A stretch of DNA of 64,000 bases from a virus, in IMG/VR virus record IMGVR_UViG_3300039159_000275, positions 4,389 through 68,388 of that record; one strand, written 5' to 3'. The notes beneath the pieces were generated by a model. It searched no databases. It saw only the letters and a list, made by a program, of their open reading frames with translations, and was not told where the DNA came from. The first letter of the stretch is position 1; each line of letters starts with the position of its first letter. Both the position numbers and the translations under genes were made by a program. Below are positions 20,026 through 30,526 of the stretch, piece after piece.

Positions 20026-21213
20026 ATGAATATTATAAAAAATGTAAATGATCTTGATAAAAAATATGATTTTATTGTGATAGGTGCTGGTTTATCCAGT
20101 TCTGTTTTTGTTTCATTAGCAAAAGAAAAATATAAAATTTTAATAATTGAAAAACAATCAGTAATTGGAGGAAATTTAAGAACTGATAATATTGAAGGTG
20201 TTCAAGTTCATATGAAAGGTGCACATTTGATGCATCATAATAGTGATGAAATTCAGAAATTTTTGGAAAAACATTGTGAATGGGAAAATTATACTCATAA
20301 TGTTGTAGCTGAAACTGGCAATGAAATGGTGCAGTTACCATTTAATCTAATGACTTTTAGACAATTGTTTAAAGATTGTGTAAGTATTTCAGATATTAAA
20401 AACAGAATTGATTTAGAAATAAAAGAATATGGATTAATAAATCAACCATTAAATTTAGAAGAACAAGCAATATCAATGGTAGGTACAACTATTTACAATA
20501 AATTGATTAAAGGATATACCGAAAAGCAATGGGGTAAAAAATGTACAGATTTGCCGGCTAATATTATTAAAAGATTACCTTTAAGATTTAATTTTGATAA
20601 TACTTATTTTAATGAAGCCAAATATCAAATTTTACCTAAAGATGGTAGTTATACAAATTTTATACAAAATATGCTTCAATCTGAGGAAAATGTTGATATT
20701 TTATTAAATTATAATTGGAATATAAATGATAAAAATTTATTATTAAAAAATAATTTAAAAGAAAATGGAAAAGTGATATATTCCGGTCCTATTGATGAAC
20801 TTTTAAATTATGAATATGGATATTTAGAATATAGATCATTACAATTTGATATTGAAGTACATAAAAACACAGATAATTATCAAGGTAATAGTGTTGTAAA
20901 TTACACAAATTCAAATGTTAAATATACTAGAATAATAGAACATAATCATTTTAAACCAAACATTAAAAACAGATACGCAGTAACAACAACTGAATATCCT
21001 ATTGATTACATTCCAAATGTAACAGAACCATATTATCCAATATCAGATGATCGCAATAAAGAATTATATAAAAAATATCAAAAATTAGCATTAGAAAAAT
21101 TTCCTAACACTGTAATTATTGGTAGATTGGGTCTTTATGTTTATATTGATATGCATCAATGTATTAATATGACATTAAAAACAACCGAAAAAATTCTTAA
21201 TGAATATAATTGA
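20026..21213 (+). CDS. glf: UDP-galactopyranose mutase
   Basis: IVIGAGLS FAD motif, IGGN, GAHLMH, KGYTEKQWG, RLPLRFNFDNTYF, LEYRSL, YTRIIEH, EPYYP, GRLGLYVYIDMHQ. Confidence 0.95.
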   Translation: MNIIKNVNDLDKKYDFIVIGAGLSSSVFVSLAKEKYKILIIEKQSVIGGNLRTDNIEGVQVHMKGAHLMHHNSDEIQKFLEKHCEWENYTHNVVAETGNEMVQLPFNLMTFRQLFKDCVSISDIKNRIDLEIKEYGLINQPLNLEEQAISMVGTTIYNKLIKGYTEKQWGKKCTDLPANIIKRLPLRFNFDNTYFNEAKYQILPKDGSYTNFIQNMLQSEENVDILLNYNWNINDKNLLLKNNLKENGKVIYSGPIDELLNYEYGYLEYRSLQFDIEVHKNTDNYQGNSVVNYTNSNVKYTRIIEHNHFKPNIKNRYAVTTTEYPIDYIPNVTEPYYPISDDRNKELYKKYQKLALEKFPNTVIIGRLGLYVYIDMHQCINMTLKTTEKILNEYN

Positions 21214-21397
21214 CAATTTTTTTAATAAAACTGCACAATGTGTAGGTAAAATATGGATAACTTTAAATAAAAAGATAAAATGATATTATTAGAAGAATTA
21301 CAAAAATATAAAATAGAAGGTTGGGAAAGAGGTAGATTTAGTACTAAAAAACATGAAAATAAGTGATATTTTTGTTTTATTTGTCGTATAAATTGAT

Positions 21398-21495
21398 TAA
21401 ATTTGTATAGCAGTAATTGTGTCAGAATGGTTGGTTAGTTAGTTAAACAAATGGTTTAAGTATGTTCTATAAATCAACCATATTGATTATATTTG
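21398..21495 (+). promoter_or_regulatory. two Bacteroidota-type -7 elements (TAnnTTTG)
   Basis: TAAATTTG at 21398-21405 and TATATTTG at 21488-21495 upstream of ORF 21526. Confidence 0.45.
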
Positions 21496-21525
21496 TAATA
21501 ACAATTTTATTTAAATTTTAAAATT

Positions 21526-22077
21526 ATGAAAAATGTGTTTGTGTGGCTCGAAGACTTAAAGAAAAACTTAAGTTTCGAGATTGATCAAGAGGCTTTAAAA
21601 GCCGACTTGAAAGTGTTTAATGAACGCTTAAGTAAAGTGAAAGATTTTAATGACTTCTCAGCTTTAGAGAAAGAAGTAATTGAAAAGGGCACTATGACTT
21701 TTGCAACTTCAATTGATGGAAAAACGTGTGTCTTTAAAGAATTTAAAATTTTGGTTCACAATGCTGGTGAGTCAAAATTTTCAATAGATCACGCTATGTC
21801 GCAATTAAATCCTGAAGATGTAATTCGTTATAGTATTTACGATTACAAAGTAATCAGGATTCGTACGCGTATGTGCGATGTTAATTCGTTAAAGAAAAGT
21901 TTGAAACTTGTTCCACACGATTTAACATACTATAAAAAGTATGTTGAAGAAATTATTTCTCAATTAACAGCAAAATTGAATGAGGCTACAAGCCGAACCA
22001 ATGATGATAAATATAAGAACAGTATGGTGGAAAGAACCAACAAACTTTTAGAAAGAGCAAAAGCATTGCTAAGCTAA
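21526..22077 (+). CDS. hypothetical protein
   Basis: 183-aa ORF with its own promoter-like elements and terminator. Confidence 0.75.
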   Translation: MKNVFVWLEDLKKNLSFEIDQEALKADLKVFNERLSKVKDFNDFSALEKEVIEKGTMTFATSIDGKTCVFKEFKILVHNAGESKFSIDHAMSQLNPEDVIRYSIYDYKVIRIRTRMCDVNSLKKSLKLVPHDLTYYKKYVEEIISQLTAKLNEATSRTNDDKYKNSMVERTNKLLERAKALLS

Positions 22078-22107
22078 TCACCATTTTCATAACATTTCAT
22101 AATTTTT

Positions 22108-22138
22108 TAGGGCAAGACACAACTTGCCCTATTTTTTT
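22108..22138 (+). terminator. intrinsic terminator
   Basis: TAGGGCAAG-acacaa-CTTGCCCTA followed by T7. Confidence 0.85.
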
Positions 22139-22188
22139 GTAAACTTCTTGGTACTTTTTATAATAAGACATAAATAGAAGTTTATTTA

Positions 22189-22620
22189 ATGGCATTTTTA
22201 CAACAATATGAATTAAATTTTAACGTACAACAATATACTCCTCCTTTAGCAGATGAAAATATAACAAATGATTTAGCTGAAATAATAAAAAATATAGAAA
22301 ATAAGATGGCGTTTATTTATGAAAAATTAAATATAGAAACTCCGTCAATTAAAGAGAAAAAATATTCTGATTGGAAAGAATTTTTAGACAATTTAAGTAT
22401 TAAATATAACGAAGATATTGTATTTTTGCTAGAACAAAATTTTGATTTGCCTATAAGTAAAAAAAACACAATTAAAAGAAACGATCTAATTAAAGAGGCT
22501 AAAATAAGATTAATACAAGAAATTTCAGAAAATGTTCCAATGATCTCTGTGCAATATCTTTTAAATCAATATGGATTTGAGACAGAAAATGCTAACAATT
22601 ATCCTGATAATATGACATAA
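22189..22620 (+). CDS. hypothetical protein
   Basis: 143-aa ORF. Confidence 0.65.
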   Translation: MAFLQQYELNFNVQQYTPPLADENITNDLAEIIKNIENKMAFIYEKLNIETPSIKEKKYSDWKEFLDNLSIKYNEDIVFLLEQNFDLPISKKNTIKRNDLIKEAKIRLIQEISENVPMISVQYLLNQYGFETENANNYPDNMT

Positions 22621-22683
22621 CGACAATTATGTCACAAAAATATGACACAAATTATTCTTTTAAAATTTGGTATAGTATTTGAA
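22611..22683 (+). promoter_or_regulatory. putative sigma54-like promoter with upstream TGACA/TGTCA repeats for dnaK
   Basis: TGG-TATAGTATTT-GA (GG-N10-GA) at 22668-22682; TGACA, GACA, TGTCA, TGACA clustered at 22613-22647. Confidence 0.4.
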
Positions 22684-22716
22684 CAATAAAGATTAAAAAT
22701 AAATAAATTTAAAATT

Positions 22717-24561
22717 ATGAGTAAAAGTTATGTTATCGGAATCGATTTAGGAACAACAAATTCGGCAGTTGCAATAATGGAAGCAGGTGCACCTGTTGTA
22801 ATAGCCAATTCTGAAGGTAGAAGAACAACGCCATCAATTATTTCATTTGATGCAAAGTCGGGTGAAAGAAAAGTTGGTGATGCTGCAAAAAGACAATCAA
22901 TTGTAAATGCTGTTAATACTATTAATAGTATCAAGAGATTTATGGGTCGTAAATATGATGCTGTAAAAAATGAACTTGACAAAGTTACTTATAAAGTAGA
23001 AAAGTCTGGTGATAATCCAGTTGTTCGTATTAATGATCGTACATATACTCCGCAAGAATTATCTGCAAGTATTTTACAAAAAATGAAACAAACTGCTGAA
23101 GATTATCTTGGTCAAACAGTTACACAAGCAGTTATTACAGTTCCTGCATATTTTGATGATGCTGCTAGAACAGCTACTAAAGAAGCTGGAGCAATTGCGG
23201 GTTTAGAAGTTCTTAGAATTATTAATGAGCCAACAGCAGCAGCATTAGCTTATGGTCTTGATAAAATGTCTAAGAATCAAAAGATTGTTGTGTTTGATAC
23301 AGGTGGTGGTACTCATGATGTTTCGCTACTTGAATTAGGAGATGGTGTATTTGAAGTACTTGCAACTGCTGGAGATAATCATTTAGGAGGAGACGATTTT
23401 GATAATAAAATTATTGATTGGATTATTGATGAATTTAAAAAAGATACTACTTTTGATTTAAGAAAAGATCCACAAGCTTATCAAAGAGTTCGTGAAGCTT
23501 CTGAAAAAGCAAAGATAGAATTATCAAGTTCATCACAAACAGAAATTAATTTACCATATGTTTGTCAAATTGATAGTGTGCCACAACATCTTGTTAAAAA
23601 TTTAACAAAAGCAAAGTTTGAGCAATTAACTGCTGATTTAGTTGATAGAACAATTAAACCATGTGAAGAAATCTTAAAAGCTGCTAATATCACAATTGAT
23701 AAAATCGATGAAATTATTTTAGTTGGTGGATCAACCCGTATTCCAATCATTCGCGAAAAAGTAAAAGAATTTTTTAAGAAAGAACCAAATAAATCAGTTA
23801 ACCCTGATGAGGCAGTGGCAATAGGAGCAGCCGTTCAAGGAGCTGTATTATCAGGTGACATTAAGGACGTTTTATTATTAGATGTAACTCCAATCAGTTT
23901 AGGTATTGAAACACTTGGTGGTGTATTCACTAAGCTAATTGATGCTAATACAACAATTCCAACAAAAAAGACAGAAACATTCTCAACTGCATCTGATAAT
24001 CAACCATCAGTTGAAATAAATGTTTTACAAGGAGAACGTGTAATGGCAAAAGATAATAAAACTCTTGGAAGATTTCATTTAGATGGCATTCCACCAGCAC
24101 CTCGTGGAACTGTTCAAGTTGAAGTAACTTTTGATATTGATGCTAATGGTATTTTATCAGTAAGTGCAAAAGATAAAGGAACAGGAAAAGAACAAAGAAT
24201 TCGAATTGAAGGTTCTTCTTCTTTAACAAAAGAAGAAATCGAAAGAATGAAAGCAGAAGCAGAACAAAACGCAGATGCAGATAAAATTGAAAAGGATAAA
24301 ATTGATAAAATCAATTCTGCTGATTCTTTAGCTTTTACAACTGAAAAGTTTGTAACAGAAAACGGAGATAAGATAGATGCTGCTGATAAAACGAGTTTAG
24401 AAGAAAAGATTCAAACTTTGAAAAATGCTTTACAAGTTAAAGACATAACTCAAATTGAAACTGCAACATCCGAACTTCAAGCATTAATGCAAACAGTTGC
24501 TACAAAATTATATGCAAATGATGCAACCAATGTTCCTCCAATGGATGCATCTTCCAATTAA
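22717..24561 (+). CDS. dnaK: Hsp70 chaperone DnaK
   Basis: [57 protein letters not shown]. Confidence 0.98.
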   Translation: MSKSYVIGIDLGTTNSAVAIMEAGAPVVIANSEGRRTTPSIISFDAKSGERKVGDAAKRQSIVNAVNTINSIKRFMGRKYDAVKNELDKVTYKVEKSGDNPVVRINDRTYTPQELSASILQKMKQTAEDYLGQTVTQAVITVPAYFDDAARTATKEAGAIAGLEVLRIINEPTAAALAYGLDKMSKNQKIVVFDTGGGTHDVSLLELGDGVFEVLATAGDNHLGGDDFDNKIIDWIIDEFKKDTTFDLRKDPQAYQRVREASEKAKIELSSSSQTEINLPYVCQIDSVPQHLVKNLTKAKFEQLTADLVDRTIKPCEEILKAANITIDKIDEIILVGGSTRIPIIREKVKEFFKKEPNKSVNPDEAVAIGAAVQGAVLSGDIKDVLLLDVTPISLGIETLGGVFTKLIDANTTIPTKKTETFSTASDNQPSVEINVLQGERVMAKDNKTLGRFHLDGIPPAPRGTVQVEVTFDIDANGILSVSAKDKGTGKEQRIRIEGSSSLTKEEIERMKAEAEQNADADKIEKDKIDKINSADSLAFTTEKFVTENGDKIDAADKTSLEEKIQTLKNALQVKDITQIETATSELQALMQTVATKLYANDATNVPPMDASSN

Positions 24562-24589
24562 TAATTTAATAATTTAATAATAATTGTTT

Positions 24590-24615
24590 AAAAAAGGGCC
24601 TTAGGCCCTTTTTTT
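24590..24615 (+). terminator. intrinsic terminator after dnaK
   Basis: A6-GGGCC-tta-GGCCC-T-run. Confidence 0.85.
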
Positions 24616-24655
24616 TATGTTTAAACTTTTTTTATATTTTAGTAATAATTATTAG

Positions 24656-25450
24656 ATGAAAGAAACTGTTGAAATTATAAATGTTAGTGAAAAAGATAGA
24701 TTGGAGATTTTAAAAAAATACGACGCGTTTGTAAAATATTATGCTGTCTCAAGATTTCCTACCAAGTTTAGTTTAGATTATTCTAAAAAATTATTAAATG
24801 ATATATTGATCTATGATTTAGTGCCGTCTATGATTAATTTTGTACATTCAAAACGTAATCTTATTATCAATATAAAAATGTATGGATCAAAACTTAAAAT
24901 TATTTTTTCGCATAAACAATATTTTGAAATATTTTATGAATCATACAATCCAGTTTATGCAGAATATAAAAAACATTCAATATATGAATATGATATTTTT
25001 AAAAATAATATTGTAACAATTATTTGTAATAATTTAATTCAACCACAACATTTTCTTAAAAAAGCTTTGTCATATGTTTTCTTTAAAAGAGATCATGATG
25101 CAGCTAAAATTTTAGAGAATTATCTGAAATATTTAGGTCAACATTTAAAAATTGTCGGATATAAAGATCAAAAATACGATAGATCTGAATATTTAAAACG
25201 ATTTAGTATAGAACTTTGTAAGCAATATAAAACATATGCAATTTATAAAAATGAAAATAAAGCTGGATTTTTCACAATTGGTATATTAGATACTTATAAA
25301 CATCCACATCTTAAAAAAGATGAAGTTGTATTTCATTTTTATAAATTGAGAGAAAATATAGAATGGCCAAATAAATACACAAAGAAAGAAGCTATTAAAA
25401 TAATATCATTAAACGATTTAGTTGAAATAGTTAATTGGTTTAATAATTAA
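24656..25450 (+). CDS. hypothetical protein
   Basis: 264-aa ORF. Confidence 0.65.
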   Translation: MKETVEIINVSEKDRLEILKKYDAFVKYYAVSRFPTKFSLDYSKKLLNDILIYDLVPSMINFVHSKRNLIINIKMYGSKLKIIFSHKQYFEIFYESYNPVYAEYKKHSIYEYDIFKNNIVTIICNNLIQPQHFLKKALSYVFFKRDHDAAKILENYLKYLGQHLKIVGYKDQKYDRSEYLKRFSIELCKQYKTYAIYKNENKAGFFTIGILDTYKHPHLKKDEVVFHFYKLRENIEWPNKYTKKEAIKIISLNDLVEIVNWFNN

Positions 25451-25481
25451 AAAAATCCGAATATTTGATCCATTTCTACAA

Positions 25482-25686
25482 TTAGCAATTAATAATTTCA
25501 ACATCGTTGATTAAAATTTTATTATTTACCATATCTAGTTTAATTACCATATTGTTAATCCACCAAACTGGATCATTGTGCATCAGTTGAATGAATTGTT
25601 TGACATTTATAATGGAGACATTACTTTTTTTAAACGGTCATATTTCCTTGAACTTGAACATTTCCGTTTACAACTAATGATGCCAT
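25482..25686 (-). pseudogene. small gene broken by a 1-nt insertion (or sequencing error)
   Basis: MASLVVNGNVQVQGNMTV* continues in another frame as KKSNVSIINVKQFIQLMHNDPVWWINNMV...; 205 nt = 68 codons + 1; break next to an A7 run. Confidence 0.4.
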
Positions 25687-25700
25687 AGATTTTGATATTT

Positions 25701-25712
25701 TTTATATATAAA
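25701..25712. promoter_or_regulatory. palindromic ATATATA putative late promoter
   Basis: TTTATATATAAA between the divergent tail sheath and small gene; same core precedes other virion-type genes. Confidence 0.5.
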
Positions 25713-25731
25713 CCAAAATATTAACATTGTT

Positions 25732-28700
25732 TTGGCAGATCAAACAAGTAGAAATCTAAATCCTGGCATTTATGTAAATGAGATTGATAAAAGTGCTCGT
25801 ACAAGTGTTCCAAGATATGATGATGTAATACATTTTATACCAGGGTTTTCTAAAACAGGACCACAGAATAGACCTATTTTAATAGAAACACCTACTGATT
25901 TTATTAAAATTTTTGGTGATATTGACTACAAATTAGAAAGAAAAGAATCATATTTTCATAGAACTGCTTTAAAAATGTTGGAAACTGGTCCAGCATATTG
26001 TATGAGTATTTTAAAAACAGACCCAATAATTGATAAATTAAATTGGGTAACAATGTCATCAGCAACTCATTTACAAAATGAAAACACTAGAACAAATCCA
26101 TATGATCAATTTTTTAACAAATTAGATTTCTGGAAAAAATCGGAAGAAGATCTTATTAATGTTTCAAAAAGATATTCGTCATCTCCAACTGGAAAAATAT
26201 TATCATTCGTCAATATGTCAAATGATAATATTACTCTTTGGGTTTTTAAGTCAAATTTACCAGGTTTTAATCAAACTGTTGAAGATTGGTATGGTGCTGA
26301 TAATAAACCATCTTTTTTACATCCAAAGGAATTGATTTCAGATTTTATGGTACGTGTTGTAGTTGTTAAAGGAGATTGGACAAATTATGCAAGTTTATCT
26401 GTTGACATTAAATGGTCTCGTTATTTTAATATACAAGGTTTAAGAAAAGATAGAATAACTGATTTTTTAAATGATATTCATGTAACATTAATAACTGATT
26501 TACATGTTTCACTTATTCCCGATTTTAAAGATGCATTAGGTAGAGATTTATTTATTCAATCAGTTATTAATAGCAATTCAGATAAAACAGGTTTATTTGC
26601 GGCATTAGATATTGATCAATATGAAACCGATTTTAGAAATGGTTTTGTAGATTTAATTGGTTACAATACTATTGAACGTAATATTTTTGGTTTAAATTTT
26701 TTATCTTATAAAGAACAAATTGTAGATGAATTATTAATAGATGAAAAATTTATTGATCAAGCTGGTAACTCTTGGGGTGATCCTGCTTGGGAGTCAGAAA
26801 ACAGATCTTCTAAAAATGCAGATGGTTATATTAATGACACGCAATTAAAACCATTAATCATTTCGCAAACATCAACATTTGTTGTAAAACCTTTTGTTCT
26901 TGGTTCAAATAGTTATGCAATTATTAAAGGTAAAAAAATAGCAATTAAACAATCACAAAACGAATTTCAATTAGAATTAAATAAAATCATTTCTCCTGGT
27001 AATAAATTTATCCTAGCACTTGTAATGACAGAAGCAGGCGTTGATTATAGATTAAGTGTTACAGTTCCATTTGACGGTAATTATGCTTTTCCTAAAATTG
27101 ATGTTAAGAATGAATATGTTATAGGTTATTATACAATATCGCAAGATTTATCTGGTGAATACGAAACACTTTTAAATGGTGTATCTATTACTGAAGATGA
27201 TGGTGAAACAGTTGATGATGGTTTATTTGGTTGGATACCATGTTTTTCAAATCAAATTGAAACAGTTCCTAAAATCAGATTTGATATAGTTAATGCTAAT
27301 CAAATAGAATTACGTTTTGAAAAATGTTTAAATATTATAGAAAACGATTATCATCAAAATAGAATTTATTATTTATATTTTCAACTTTATAAAAATTTAG
27401 TTGAAAGAGTTTCTATAGTTTTAGATAGTTTAGGTTATAAAAGAACAATTGCAAATGTTGAAAATATTATTAATAATCAAGATCGTTTAATTCTTTTAAC
27501 AATCGAAGAAAATGATCCTGCTATAATCTTACCACCTAACAATATAAATGGTTGGATTAGTATCTATTATAATGACTTAGAATTTTTATATCAAACAGCA
27601 AAATATATTAATACAGATTCATCACCATATACTTTTCCTGTAAATGGTGGTAGACTTGGGCCCGAAAGCTATTTATATAAATCATATTATGAAGGATTAG
27701 TTTCAACTGGAGATAGAGTTTTTATTGAAATTGAAGAAGAATCAAATATTGAGTTTAGAAATATTAACGGTCAATATTATATTATCTTTAATAACCCAAT
27801 TTTAGGAAATTATTCTAATAAAATATACGTAAATAACACATTAAAAAACAAAGGTATTTTTACAATATCAAGTCAAACAACTATATCTGGTAAACAAGCT
27901 CTTATTGTTATTGAAGAAATAGTAAATGAAGATGCAGAATTAGTACAATTTTTTGATGCCAATTTAGAAAGATATTTTAAATTTTATTTTTTAAATAAAG
28001 AATTATATGTACAATATGAAGAAAAATCTTTAAATCAGGATAATCTTTTAAAGAATATTAAAAAGACTGATGAAATTAAATTTAAAAGAACATTAGAAAT
28101 TGAAGGTCAATTAGATCCTTTTACAATTTTAGTTGATTATAAAAGATATGCTGGTAACATTCAAACAGGACAATATTTACAAGCACAACTTTCTTCAACT
28201 GATATAAATTCGTCAACAATTCAAAGAGGATGGTGTAGAATATTAGAAGTTTATCCATATGATTTAGATAATACTCTTTTAACAATTCACTGCGATGATT
28301 ATATTCAAGTTAATGATTTCATAAACAATATTTCTTTTGGTGGTTCTTATGGAACATCAGGCACAGATTATTTAAATAAATCGGATAAACAATGTAATTG
28401 GTTTGTATCAATTGATGATTGGGTTAAAACATATAAAGGATTCTTTTTAAAAGGATTTACAATTTCAAATGAAAGTATTCCAAATGGAACAGAAGAAAAA
28501 TTAGCAGAGATATTAACAGCAATTGCGCCAGGAACTGGATTATATAATGCATTATCAAACGTTAATAAAATCACATATCGTTATTTAATTGACTCTTTTG
28601 GTTTAGGATTTAATGAGCAAACAAAATTACCATTAGCAAAAATATGTGATAAACACATGTCATTGGGATTTTTAAATTTACCATCTATTAAACAATTTAA

Positions 28701-29478
28701 AAATTATACAGGATTAAATTTCTTAACATTAGATGGGCGCTTTGATTTATCAAAACTATTATCAGGAGGACATAAAAATTCTTTTGCTGGTGTTTATTTT
28801 ACACTTATATCTGATCAATCATCTTCATCTATTGGTTATTATTTTCCTTACGTTAAAACTGAAGATATTAATTTAAATAGACCAATATTTGTACCTCCTG
28901 CAATGTTTGCAGCAGATTCATATATGCGTAATAAATGGCAAGTTAAAATTGGTGATATACGTCCTTGGTCAATTGTCGCCGGTTGGTCATTAGGCCGCGT
29001 AAATGATATATCGGGTTTAGAAATAGAATTCTCAGACGATGATTTGGGATTATTAAATCAATCAAATATTAATGGAATATCAAAAGATAAAGATTCAAGA
29101 TATTTTATTTTTGCTGAAAATACTTCATACCCATTTGATTCATCATTAGGCTCTATACATGTTAGAGAAGCTTTAATTTCTTTTGAAGAAGAAATGCGAA
29201 ACATGTTATTAAATTTTCATTGGTCGTTCAACACTAAAGAAAATAGAGAAACTATTGTTAAGCAAGCAAATGTAATAGCTGCAAAATATATTTCACAATC
29301 AGCATTTTATGACATAAGAAATATAATGGACGAATCAAATAACAATAAAGAAATGATTGACGCCGGTATTGGATTATTAGATACATATGTTGAAGCAGTT
29401 CAAGGAATGGGTGTGATAATATTAAATGTAAATGTTTTAAGAACTGGTCAAGTTAATTCACAACTATTATATAAATAA
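25732..29478 (+). CDS. contractile tail sheath protein (T4 gp18-like) with large internal insertions
   Basis: N-terminal PGIYVNEIDKS...PGFSKTGPQNRP; C-terminal VPPA, PWSIVAG, SIHVRE, IMDESNN, DTYVEAVQGM; TTG start. Confidence 0.88.
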   Translation: MADQTSRNLNPGIYVNEIDKSARTSVPRYDDVIHFIPGFSKTGPQNRPILIETPTDFIKIFGDIDYKLERKESYFHRTALKMLETGPAYCMSILKTDPIIDKLNWVTMSSATHLQNENTRTNPYDQFFNKLDFWKKSEEDLINVSKRYSSSPTGKILSFVNMSNDNITLWVFKSNLPGFNQTVEDWYGADNKPSFLHPKELISDFMVRVVVVKGDWTNYASLSVDIKWSRYFNIQGLRKDRITDFLNDIHVTLITDLHVSLIPDFKDALGRDLFIQSVINSNSDKTGLFAALDIDQYETDFRNGFVDLIGYNTIERNIFGLNFLSYKEQIVDELLIDEKFIDQAGNSWGDPAWESENRSSKNADGYINDTQLKPLIISQTSTFVVKPFVLGSNSYAIIKGKKIAIKQSQNEFQLELNKIISPGNKFILALVMTEAGVDYRLSVTVPFDGNYAFPKIDVKNEYVIGYYTISQDLSGEYETLLNGVSITEDDGETVDDGLFGWIPCFSNQIETVPKIRFDIVNANQIELRFEKCLNIIENDYHQNRIYYLYFQLYKNLVERVSIVLDSLGYKRTIANVENIINNQDRLILLTIEENDPAIILPPNNINGWISIYYNDLEFLYQTAKYINTDSSPYTFPVNGGRLGPESYLYKSYYEGLVSTGDRVFIEIEEESNIEFRNINGQYYIIFNNPILGNYSNKIYVNNTLKNKGIFTISSQTTISGKQALIVIEEIVNEDAELVQFFDANLERYFKFYFLNKELYVQYEEKSLNQDNLLKNIKKTDEIKFKRTLEIEGQLDPFTILVDYKRYAGNIQTGQYLQAQLSSTDINSSTIQRGWCRILEVYPYDLDNTLLTIHCDDYIQVNDFINNISFGGSYGTSGTDYLNKSDKQCNWFVSIDDWVKTYKGFFLKGFTISNESIPNGTEEKLAEILTAIAPGTGLYNALSNVNKITYRYLIDSFGLGFNEQTKLPLAKICDKHMSLGFLNLPSIKQFKNYTGLNFLTLDGRFDLSKLLSGGHKNSFAGVYFTLISDQSSSSIGYYFPYVKTEDINLNRPIFVPPAMFAADSYMRNKWQVKIGDIRPWSIVAGWSLGRVNDISGLEIEFSDDDLGLLNQSNINGISKDKDSRYFIFAENTSYPFDSSLGSIHVREALISFEEEMRNMLLNFHWSFNTKENRETIVKQANVIAAKYISQSAFYDIRNIMDESNNNKEMIDAGIGLLDTYVEAVQGMGVIILNVNVLRTGQVNSQLLYK

Positions 29479-29502
29479 TAAATAATAAATAATAAATTAT
29501 GA

Positions 29503-29541
29503 CTAAACGACTTAGATAATAAAATTGGATTATTTAACTAA
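29503..29541 (+). repeat. 39-nt remnant of an LRR-gene 3' end
   Basis: ctaaacgacttagataataaaattggattatttaactaa (LNDLDNKIGLFN*) differs at 2 positions from the 3' end of gene 34268-34930. Confidence 0.8.
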
Positions 29542-29542
29542 A

Positions 29543-30520
29543 ATGAAGCATTTATCAACATACCAAATTTTTGAAGCAAATGTAATTGATCCTATTGAAA
29601 TCATTACAAAATTAAATAATGATAAAGACGCAAAATATACTTTAAACAAAGATAACAGTATTGATGTTGAAGGAAATATTAATTTATCACATTTAAGGTT
29701 AAAAAAAATGCCAGTTAAATTTGGTAAAGTAACAGGTAATTTTAATTGTTCTAGTAATGAATTAACATCATTAAAAGGTTGTCCAACTACTGTAACAGGT
29801 AATTTTAATTGTTCTAGTAATGAATTAACATCATTAAAAGGTTGTCCAACTACTGTAACAGGAGATTTTTATTGTTCATTTAATAAATTAACATCATTAG
29901 ATGGTTGTCCAATTACAATAAATGGAGATTTTAATTGTTCATATAATCAATTAACATCTTTAGAACATTGTCCAATTACAGTATCAGGAGATTTTAGATG
30001 TTCTTATAATCAATTAACATCTTTAGAAAATAGTCCTATTACAGTAAAAAGAAATTTTTATTGTTCTAATAATGACTTAACATCATTAAAAGGTTGTCCA
30101 ATTACTGTAACAGGAGATTTTTATTGTTTTGATAATCTTTTAACATCTTTAATACATAGTCCAACTACTGTATCAGGTGATTTTCGTTGTCATGATAATA
30201 AATTAACATCATTAAAAGGTGGTCCTATTACAGTATCAGGAGATTTTTATTGCTTTAGAAATCAATTAACATCTTTAGAACATTGTCCTATTACTGTATT
30301 AGGAGATTTTTATTGTTATAGAAATCAATTAACATCTTTAAAACATTGTCCTGTTACAGTATCAGGAGATTTTAATTTTGCTAATAATAAATTTCCTGAA
30401 AAGATTCAAAAAAAGATTGATAATTTTAAAGGTACTTGGCAAGAATTGTTATTTTTAATGAATATTTGGCAATCTAAAAAACTAACCGATTTAGATAATA
30501 AAACTGGATTATTTAACTAA
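29543..30520 (+). CDS. LRR-like 21-aa repeat protein, copy A (10 repeats + cap)
   Basis: GxFxCxxNxLTSLxxxPxTV repeats; exact 63-bp tandem at 29729/29792; probable ATG at 29543 (MKHLSTYQIFE). Confidence 0.9.
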   Translation: MKHLSTYQIFEANVIDPIEIITKLNNDKDAKYTLNKDNSIDVEGNINLSHLRLKKMPVKFGKVTGNFNCSSNELTSLKGCPTTVTGNFNCSSNELTSLKGCPTTVTGDFYCSFNKLTSLDGCPITINGDFNCSYNQLTSLEHCPITVSGDFRCSYNQLTSLENSPITVKRNFYCSNNDLTSLKGCPITVTGDFYCFDNLLTSLIHSPTTVSGDFRCHDNKLTSLKGGPITVSGDFYCFRNQLTSLEHCPITVLGDFYCYRNQLTSLKHCPVTVSGDFNFANNKFPEKIQKKIDNFKGTWQELLFLMNIWQSKKLTDLDNKTGLFN

Positions 30521-30526
30521 ATAAAT

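Noticed and set aside
29729-30390. CRISPR array suggested by regular 63-bp periodicity
   Set aside because: Repeats are in-frame coding units with no unique spacers, and no cas genes are present.
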